36,940 nucleotides of DNA from Candidatus Stahliibacteriota bacterium (GTDB lineage Bacteria > Hydrothermota > Tepidihabitantia > SM23-42): assembly GCA_030613445.1 (NCBI GenBank), contig JAUWLY010000001.1, positions 1-36,940 of the forward strand, given 5' to 3'. Below, piece after piece: positions 23,602-29,828 of the stretch; position 1 is the first letter of the stretch; every line of letters starts with the position of its first letter. Made by a program: the position numbers and the translations under genes. A model generated the notes under the pieces. It made no database searches and had not been told where the DNA came from. It was given only the letters and a program-made list of their open reading frames with translations.

Positions 23602-23676
23602 CAGATATTAGATACGAGATGCTTGATGCTAGAGAAGAATAGTAATTAAGTAACTAAGTGATTATTTCACCCCTCA
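23602..23676 (+). repeat. heptamer array plus AGTAATTAAGTAACT...TTTCACCCCTCA module
   Basis: CAGATATTAGATACGAGATGCTTGATGCTAGAGAAGAATAGTAATTAAGTAACTAAGTGATTATTTCACCCCTCA. Close copy at 34654-34720 and a looser one at 15263-15331. Confidence 0.8.
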
Positions 23677-23777
23677 AATAACGTCTAGCACCCCATCTTG
23701 AAGTCGCAAAATGCGACTTCAAGTGTTTGCATTCACTCCTCGTAAGGGGGTATTTTTATATCTGACGCAGGTTTCAA

Positions 23778-23805
23778 TTGACATCCCATTACTGCTAGCT
23801 ATACT
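23778..23805 (+). promoter_or_regulatory. promoter for 23826..24470
   Basis: TTGACA (23778-23783), 16 nt, TATACT (23800-23805). AGGAGG then ATG 23826. The ORF-track ATG at 23808 is only 2 nt past the -10. Confidence 0.65.
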
Positions 23806-23825
23806 TTATGTCAAAAGGAGGTCTG

Positions 23826-24470
23826 ATGGTTGTCTATTTATGTCGCAAAGTGATGTTGGCCGCGCTGCTTATACTGGTTTTGATATGTTTCATTCAAGCA
23901 CAGACAGAAGAAGTAGAGGAAATCAAGTTCCATCCCACCGAGTATCAACAAATAAAGATTGATTCGATAAAAGCATGTGCAGTGGCAGATAAGTTTGAAG
24001 AAATTAAACCCACATTGGAGGAGTTATTTTCAAAAACACCTGGAGACATAGATGCATTAGTACAAATCATTTTTTTTGAGGTAATGAAGGATGAGCTTAA
24101 GAACTTAGAAGAAGCCATGCAAACGCTCCATGAAATGAATGAGATGAAAAAACGTCAGCGCGCTTATATAGAGGAATTAAAGAAAAAAAGGACTGCAGTG
24201 AGGGATTCTCTGCGCAAAGGATATGAAGAAATACATGCTTCACTGGATGAAGTAGAAACAATGCTGCGTGATTCGCCACAACTTCAAGAGATTCAAGGAC
24301 AAATACATCAGGTAGAGTTAGAATTGAATTCCACAGAAGAAGAATCTGAATCGATGAATTTACGTTTACAAATAATGATGGACGAACGCAACAAAACAAT
24401 ACAGAACCTGTCAAATATTCTTGAAATAGATGATGACATACGTGACAAGATAATAAAAAATCTTAAATAA
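23826..24470 (+). CDS. secreted coiled-coil protein, function unknown
   Basis: ORF 23808..24470 trimmed to ATG 23826 (MVVYLCRKVMLAALLILVLICFIQAQ signal peptide). The rest is E/K/L/Q-rich heptad-like sequence. Confidence 0.6.
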   Translation: MVVYLCRKVMLAALLILVLICFIQAQTEEVEEIKFHPTEYQQIKIDSIKACAVADKFEEIKPTLEELFSKTPGDIDALVQIIFFEVMKDELKNLEEAMQTLHEMNEMKKRQRAYIEELKKKRTAVRDSLRKGYEEIHASLDEVETMLRDSPQLQEIQGQIHQVELELNSTEEESESMNLRLQIMMDERNKTIQNLSNILEIDDDIRDKIIKNLK

Positions 24471-24610
24471 AACAATTTAGTGCATATGGGGGCCTCTCAT
24501 TTTATTCCCCGTAGCTACGCGACGGGGCCTCTCGCTATGCTCGAGATTTACAACAGGCGATATCTTCGACCTCTCACTACACTCGAGATCTTCGACAGGC
24601 AGCGATGCAA

Positions 24611-24717
24611 CAGCAGATCTTAGATACTAGAATGAGTTGTGAGGGTCAGGTCTTGACCCCGTACGATTAACATTCTACGGGGCAGGCTTAGAGACATAAG
24701 CAATGAAGCGTAGGGCG
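24611..24717 (+). repeat. 107-bp repeat, copy 2 (pairs with 15436..15542)
   Basis: Near-identical to 15436..15542. Contains the H3 hairpin CCCCGTA-12 nt-TACGGGG (24657-24682) and the GGGTCA-GGTCT-TGACCC inverted repeat. Confidence 0.9.
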
Positions 24718-24826
24718 TCCCGGAGGAATAGGATTCCACAAGACAGCGTAGGACGTTGAGCAAGAAGAAAATAGGTGTTAAAGCCTTTGTCCATTTATTA
24801 GCGTCTAATTAATGAGGAGGTAAAAA

Positions 24827-26308
24827 ATGTTTTCTAAATCACGGTATTTCACTTGTGTTTTAATGATATTGTTGCCATGGTTTTTAGTAGCTCAGTCTAA
24901 TTATCAAGTGATTGACACAGGTCAAGACCAATGCTTTAATGATAGCATTGAAATATCTCCACCAAATCCAGGTGAACCGTTTTTTGGTCAGGATGCACAA
25001 TACAATGGTACGCAATTCTCTTTTCAAGATAATGGTGATGGCACGGTGACTGACTTAAATACCGGCATGATGTGGCAACAAACACCAGACCTCGATAATA
25101 AGTCCACCTGGGCAGAGGCTGTGGCAGGTGCAGACACCTTTATTCTTGCGGGCTATGATGATTGGCGCTTACCTCATATCAAGGAGCTTTACTCACTCAT
25201 TGATTTCCGAGGTTCAAGCATGGACACGATACCTTATATAGACACAACCTTCTTTGATTTTGAGTGGGGCGATACAACCCAAGGTGAACGTCTAATCGAC
25301 GCCCAATACTGGTCCAGCACAGAGTACGTGGGACTGACCATGAATGGCGATGCCACGGCATTTGGAGTCAACTTTGCAGATGGTCGGATAAAAGGGTATC
25401 CAACAGAAACCGGACCAGGAGGTCAACCCTTTGAAGCCTTTGTCCGTTACGTACGGGCTGGCAACAATTACGGCGTGAATAACTATTTTGATAACGGAGA
25501 TGGCACGATCACTGATTCATCAACTGGATTAATGTGGAAGCAGATTGATGATGGTGTGACGCGTAACTGGGAAGAAACACTCGCTTATGCAGAGAATATG
25601 ACACTGGCAGGTTATGATAACTGGCGCTTGCCAAATGTAAAAGAACTCCAGAGCATTGTCGACTATACCCGCGCTCCTGATGCGCAAAATCCAGGACAGC
25701 AAGGTCCAGCAATTGATACAATTTTTGACGTTACTGAAGAAGAATCATTTTTCTGGACAAGTACAACCCTTTTGGAAGCGCCACCTGATGCAGGAACTGG
25801 AAGTGAGGGTGTATATATCGCTTTTGGTCAAGCCTGGGGCTATATGGGACCTCCAGGTAATGGCGAATGGCTCAATGTCCATGGTGCAGGAGCACAGCGA
25901 AGTGATCCAAAATCTGGTGATCCTGGCAACTATCCTTATGGCCGTGGTCCTCAAGGAGATGAAGTCCGTATCTTTAACTATGTACGCTGTGTTCGTAGAG
26001 GATTGACTAATATTAATGAAGGAAAATCTGAATCCTTGAGAAGCTCAATGATATGTCAGAATACTCCGAATCCCTTTCGCAGTGAAACAATTATTGGTTT
26101 TCAACTCTCAGAACCAGATCATGTACGGATTACTTTATACAACACTGTCGGTCAGAAAATCAAAACTATTTTGGATGACAATAAACCTGCTGGGTTTCAT
26201 ACTGTTATTTTCGAAGCCAATAATCTGGCAAATGGTGTGTATTATTATTGCCTGGAAACGAGCAAGGAGAAACAATTCAGGAAAACAGTACACTGCGAAG
26301 AATACTAA
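24827..26308 (+). CDS. DUF1566 (Lcl C-terminal-like) repeat protein with T9SS sorting domain
   Basis: 493 aa. Two DNGDGT(V/I)TD..TGLMW(Q/K)Q ... AGYD(D/N)WRLP..KEL units typical of DUF1566. CTD QNTPNPFRSETIIGFQL...ITLYNTVGQKI...NGVYYYCL. RBS GAGGAGG. Confidence 0.8.
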   Translation: MFSKSRYFTCVLMILLPWFLVAQSNYQVIDTGQDQCFNDSIEISPPNPGEPFFGQDAQYNGTQFSFQDNGDGTVTDLNTGMMWQQTPDLDNKSTWAEAVAGADTFILAGYDDWRLPHIKELYSLIDFRGSSMDTIPYIDTTFFDFEWGDTTQGERLIDAQYWSSTEYVGLTMNGDATAFGVNFADGRIKGYPTETGPGGQPFEAFVRYVRAGNNYGVNNYFDNGDGTITDSSTGLMWKQIDDGVTRNWEETLAYAENMTLAGYDNWRLPNVKELQSIVDYTRAPDAQNPGQQGPAIDTIFDVTEEESFFWTSTTLLEAPPDAGTGSEGVYIAFGQAWGYMGPPGNGEWLNVHGAGAQRSDPKSGDPGNYPYGRGPQGDEVRIFNYVRCVRRGLTNINEGKSESLRSSMICQNTPNPFRSETIIGFQLSEPDHVRITLYNTVGQKIKTILDDNKPAGFHTVIFEANNLANGVYYYCLETSKEKQFRKTVHCEEY

Positions 26309-26400
26309 AAACCAGGAACCAGGAAAAGCGAAGAGCGAAAAGGCACAGCAGGTGGGGTCAAATCCCCAGTATACACGATAACGAGGGCAGGCAATAACGG

Positions 26401-26469
26401 CAGATGTTAGATACTAGATACTTGATGCTAGTAAAAGAACTGGATTCCCCGATCGCGTCGGGGAATGAC
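26401..26469 (+). repeat. heptamer array plus H2 hairpin module
   Basis: CAGATGTTAGATACTAGATACTTGATGCTAGTAAAAGAACTGGATTCCCCGA-TCGCG-TCGGGGAATGAC. The 9-bp stem is at 26444-26466. Confidence 0.85.
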
Positions 26470-26552
26470 AAATCAAGGGATGGCGGTAAAAGGCCCTCGC
26501 TGTACTCGCGGGATAAATATGAGAAGTGAACAGGTGAACACCTGGTATACTC

Positions 26553-26966
26553 TTAAACTGTTTCTAACGCGGGTATTTTGATATTTTCGAAATTCTCCTC
26601 TGACCAAGCTCTGGGGAGAAGAATGGCATAAGGGATTAACTCTTTCATGTATGCAGCGCCATGAAGGTCGCTGCTGTGAATGATGATCATAGCTTTTTTG
26701 TTTTTATGCTTCGGATGTTTCTTTATCCACTCCGCAACCACTCCCCCGCTTATATCAGTATCCTTTGCCCAAACTGGAGGCTCGCCAAGATCATAGTCCA
26801 GGAAGATAATATCGTATTTCTTTTTGGAAAGGCATTCAATACATTCCCTGGCAGTCGTGACGTGGGTGATGTCAGTGATATCTATTGGTTTCAGCCGTTT
26901 TTCAAATTCTATTGCCCGGCTGTACATATCATCAAGGATAAGAACTCTGATGCTTTTCTCAAACAC
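26553..26966 (-). CDS. stand-alone non-canonical receiver (REC)-like domain protein
   Basis: 137 aa. RVLILDD...YDIIFLDYDLG...AMIIIHSSDLHG follows the REC beta-alpha pattern, but the conserved Lys region is missing. Resembles the LDhDLG / hHS.N..G type REC-like family. GTG start sits 6 nt after the -10. Confidence 0.55.
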   Translation of the reverse strand: MFEKSIRVLILDDMYSRAIEFEKRLKPIDITDITHVTTARECIECLSKKKYDIIFLDYDLGEPPVWAKDTDISGGVVAEWIKKHPKHKNKKAMIIIHSSDLHGAAYMKELIPYAILLPRAWSEENFENIKIPALETV

Positions 26967-26972
26967 TTGATC

Positions 26973-27019
26973 AGTATATCACAATTATTCTAAGAGTCAA
27001 GACGCAGCAAAGCTGCGTC
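26973..27019 (-). promoter_or_regulatory. hairpin-plus-promoter junction module for 26553..26966
   Basis: Minus strand: GACGCAGC-TTT-GCTGCGTC hairpin (27019-27001) abuts TTGACT (27000-26995), then 16 nt and TATACT (26978-26973). Confidence 0.6.
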
Positions 27020-27214
27020 GATGGTCCCGTACATTTAACAATTTACGGGACAGGCAGTGATAATAAAACAGATTTCAGTGATACAAAAAACAGCTCATTG
27101 TCATTTGGTAACTGAGTAATTGACAGCGTTTAGGACGTTTTGATCGTTGATATCGTCTGCCGCCACGACATTTCTTTGATATTCCAATTTGGAATCTCAA
27201 AGACTTGAATTCTG

Positions 27215-27721
27215 TTATTCTTTGCTAAAACCGATTTTGCGTTTCGCTTTCTCAGGTGGAATCATGAGCTGTCGGATAGCTTCGAATACCGCCTTAAACT
27301 GAACGTCATATTTTTTCTCAAGAGCATCAATTTTTCGCATAAGATCTTTATGCGTTGCTAATACTTCTCGTAGCCTAATAAATGTCCTTACAACCAGTAC
27401 GCTTGTTTGAACAGCTATTTGACTGTTCAATACCGAAGCAAGCATAACTGCACCGTGCTCAGTAAATGCATATGGTAGATATGGTGCATATTTGAGAGAA
27501 CTAAGGTGGTCGCAATTTGCGACCACTTCTTGTTTCTCTTCTTTGGTAAGTTGAAACATAAAATCAATGGGAAACCTTCGTTTATTCCGTCTGACTTGCT
27601 CATTTCACCTTTTTGTCGACACTCCATAGAGCTTTGCTAGATCTCTATCTATTATAACCTTGTGACTACGGATAATCAAAATCTTTTTTTCTATAATTTC
27701 TTGTGATATGGTTTTCTTCAT
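27215..27721 (-). pseudogene. ORF6N/KilA-N-like DNA-binding protein gene interrupted by one in-frame TGA
   Basis: ORFs 27605..27802 (from ATG 27721, MKKTISQEIIEKKILIIRSHKV...LYGVSTKR) and 27215..27559 are in the same frame. A single TGA (27605-27607) replaces the Leu of the paralog (ETRVLIQAVKRN vs STKR*NEQVRRN). Collinear with 28860..29378. Confidence 0.65.
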
Positions 27722-27817
27722 TTTACTACTTTCCTCCTTTTCTACAGAATTAAAATAATAAAGATATGAACCACTACAGCATGATGCTGCAAAGCGTTTC
27801 ATACCTTCTCGGTACTG

Positions 27818-27865
27818 ATTATATCCAGGGGTTTGATAAAGTCAAGACGCCGCTTGAGCGGCGTC
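27818..27865 (-). promoter_or_regulatory. hairpin-plus-promoter junction module for the interrupted ORF6N gene
   Basis: Minus strand: GACGCCGC-TCAA-GCGGCGTC hairpin (27865-27846) abuts TTGACT (27845-27840), then 16 nt and TATAAT (27823-27818), followed by a ~95-nt leader starting GAGAAGGTATGAA. Confidence 0.7.
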
Positions 27866-27938
27866 GATTGCGGTGATAAACAGAAAAATTACAGAGATTG
27901 CTTCGTCCTTCGATAAACTCAGGACTCGCAATGACCCC

Positions 27939-28078
27939 GATATCTTCGACGAGACTTACAGCCTTTCGCCCTGCTCAAGATTTACAGCAGACGGGATAGA
28001 TCTTCTTAGTCTATCTCCGATACACCGGTACGCCGTTACTCCGATACTGTCCTTTCAAGGTGAACACCTGGCACTCAC
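27939..28078 (+). repeat. R-C repeat, 140-bp copy (pairs with 35029..35168; 3' part with 13986..14072)
   Basis: GATATCTTCGACGAGACTTACAGCC...AGATTTACAGCAGACGGGATAGATCTTCTTAGTCTATCTCCGATACACCGGTACGCCGTTACTCCGATACTGTCCTTTCAAGGTGAACACCTGGCACTCAC. About 90 percent identical by eye to 35029..35168. Confidence 0.9.
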
Positions 28079-28125
28079 GCCCAACATTAGGATAAAAGCG
28101 TAGCACGAAGTACATAGGGTGATCA

Positions 28126-28863
28126 TTAGTAGGCATATTTTTTGATGATTGCGGAGGTTATGTAGTGGCTGACGATTGTGGTCTTTAAATTGCTGTATTC
28201 TAATTTTAATCTCTGTGCTTCGATAACATTTTTTCTGGTTAAATATAAACCGGTATACTGGTGATAATAACCATCAGTTTCGTGTTGGAACCAGTGGTGT
28301 GCTATGCTAAAACCGCCTTCACATGTAAGCCACAAAAGATTTGAATCAGGACGCTTAGAAAAATCACCACCATGATCGAAAGGACGTGCTCCTAAACGAG
28401 TTTTGGAGAAACCGACGTGCAGTGAATAGAGCCACATTCCTGCCTTTTTGTTCGGGCTGATGACTACATCTTTAATGTGCCATAATTTCTTTAATGCCTT
28501 ATTTATTGCAACTGAATCGGTCAGATTAATATATACTTTTTTGCCTTCGATAATAAAAGATCCATCGTCAACAGAGTAATTTTTCATATAATCGTCCATA
28601 AGTAACCATCTTTTAAAGTGTTCTAATTTTTCTTGTCGTCTTAGACTTTTTAAGATACTGTCAAGTCTTACTATTGTATTCACTCTTACTGCAACATCAT
28701 CTGCAAACCTTGCTTGTCGATTATCTCCACCATAATTGTTGACAAATATAGCATCAAAATATGCAGCATGCCATTTGCATTCCATTGTTGCAGTAGCATA
28801 AACAAGTGAGAGATTAAAAGGTAAAAGTAAAAGGTTAATACATATTTTTGCTAACTTGCTCAT
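28126..28863 (-). CDS. hypothetical exported/membrane-anchored protein, translationally coupled to ORF6N gene
   Basis: 245 aa. N-terminal hydrophobic segment KICINLLLLPFNLSLVYA. The start ATG overlaps the upstream TGA stop (ATGA, 28860-28863). No family recognised. Confidence 0.6.
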   Translation of the reverse strand: MSKLAKICINLLLLPFNLSLVYATATMECKWHAAYFDAIFVNNYGGDNRQARFADDVAVRVNTIVRLDSILKSLRRQEKLEHFKRWLLMDDYMKNYSVDDGSFIIEGKKVYINLTDSVAINKALKKLWHIKDVVISPNKKAGMWLYSLHVGFSKTRLGARPFDHGGDFSKRPDSNLLWLTCEGGFSIAHHWFQHETDGYYHQYTGLYLTRKNVIEAQRLKLEYSNLKTTIVSHYITSAIIKKYAY

Positions 28864-29378
28864 TTTTTTCTGTATTTATAAAATCCGATTCTTTTTTGCG
28901 GTTTTTTTGGTGGGGTCATAAGCTCGCGGATCGCATCGAATATCGCCTTGATTTCCACATCGTGCTTTTCTGTTTTTCGTTCGAGTTGGTCTAATTTGTG
29001 AACTAATTCTTTATGCGTAGATAGAATTTTGCGTAATTTTACAAAAGCACGCATTATGGCGATGTTAACTTGGATAGCCCTTCTACTTCGTAGAACACTG
29101 GAAAGCATCGCAACTCCCTGCTCTGTAAAGGCATAAACATTGGGCGCATGTTTGAGTTTTGAACTTATCACAAATTGTGATAAGTTTAATATCTCTGCTC
29201 GGGTTAATGAAAACATAAAATCATCGGGAAATCTCTCAATATTACGTTTTACAGCCTGAATTAACACTCTTGTTTCAACTTGATAAAGCTCAGCAAGGTG
29301 CGTACTGATCATTATCTTATGACCACGGATAACCAGTATATTTTCTTTGATTATTTCTTTTGGTACTATTTTTTTCAT
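28860..29378 (-). CDS. ORF6N/KilA-N-like DNA-binding protein (intact paralog)
   Basis: 172 aa. ILVIRGHKIMISTHLAELYQVETRVLIQAVKRNIERFPDDFMFSLTRAE...YAFTEQGVAMLSSVLRS..A..VNI.IMRAF fits the ORF6N domain pattern, followed by a coiled-coil tail. Confidence 0.75.
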   Translation of the reverse strand: MKKIVPKEIIKENILVIRGHKIMISTHLAELYQVETRVLIQAVKRNIERFPDDFMFSLTRAEILNLSQFVISSKLKHAPNVYAFTEQGVAMLSSVLRSRRAIQVNIAIMRAFVKLRKILSTHKELVHKLDQLERKTEKHDVEIKAIFDAIRELMTPPKKPQKRIGFYKYRKK

Positions 29379-29475
29379 TTTACTTCTTTCCTGCTTTTGT
29401 ACATTATGAAAATCATAAAGGTATGAACCACTTGCACCACCATGTTACAGAACCCTTCATACCTTCTCAGTGCTG

Positions 29476-29526
29476 ATTATATCTAAAGATTCAATAAAGT
29501 CAAGACGCCGCGGCGATTTCATCGCC
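29476..29526 (-). promoter_or_regulatory. hairpin-plus-promoter junction module for 28860..29378
   Basis: Minus strand: GGCGAT-GAA-ATCGCC hairpin (29526-29512) and the CGCCGCGGCG palindrome precede TTGACT (29503-29498), then 16 nt and TATAAT (29481-29476), then the leader GAGAAGGTATGAA. Confidence 0.7.
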
Positions 29527-29793
29527 TTCCACCACGCATAAAGGCGGACAGGCGCAATGACAAAACTAGATTCCCCGGTTAAACCGGAGAATGACAGAAG
29601 AGGATACGGGAAATGACCCCATTAGATGCTGCGTATCTAACGGGGTAAACGGGAGTCCCGCTGAAATAATATATTTCACCCCTCACCTTTTTCCTCTCCC
29701 CTCAAGGGGAGAGGAAATGTTCTGTAACAGATTCCAGAGGATGAATTTTTCTCTGAGAGTATTAGATATTCACCGAATTCTCCTTGCTGTTAA

Positions 29794-29822
29794 TTGACAA
29801 ACAAACATATATATAGATAATA
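29794..29822 (+). promoter_or_regulatory. promoter of the ABC exporter operon (apparently leaderless)
   Basis: TTGACA (29794-29799), 17 nt, ATAATA (29817-29822). ATG 29829 begins 7 nt after the -10 and no RBS is present. Confidence 0.65.
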
Positions 29823-29828
29823 AATCCT

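Noticed and set aside
26350-26368. tRNA or tRNA-derived fragment (GGTGGGGTCAAATCCCCAG looks like a T-arm).
   Set aside because: The loop is 6 nt and lacks the TTC of a T-loop. No acceptor stem, D-arm or anticodon arm can be drawn from the flanking sequence. The same GGGGTCAAA word occurs in clearly non-tRNA contexts.
27605-27607. TGA reassignment (genetic code 4 or 25) explaining the in-frame TGA.
   Set aside because: TGA is used as a genuine stop elsewhere in the window (15224-15226, 28860-28862, 4004-4006), and no other gene needs TGA read-through.
27873-28103. ORFs lying in repeat mosaics (13780-13977, 23711-23962, 26082-26381, 27873-28103, 29591-29797).
   Set aside because: They are read through intergenic repeat modules that occur elsewhere in non-coding contexts and other frames, and they have no RBS or promoter. 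They are probably spurious.
29693-29714. Strong palindrome CCTCTCCCCT-CA-AGGGGAGAGG as a terminator between the ORF6N and ABC loci.
   Set aside because: No U-tract follows it on either strand, and it lies between two divergent promoters where no transcript needs terminating. It is noted only as another structured intergenic element.
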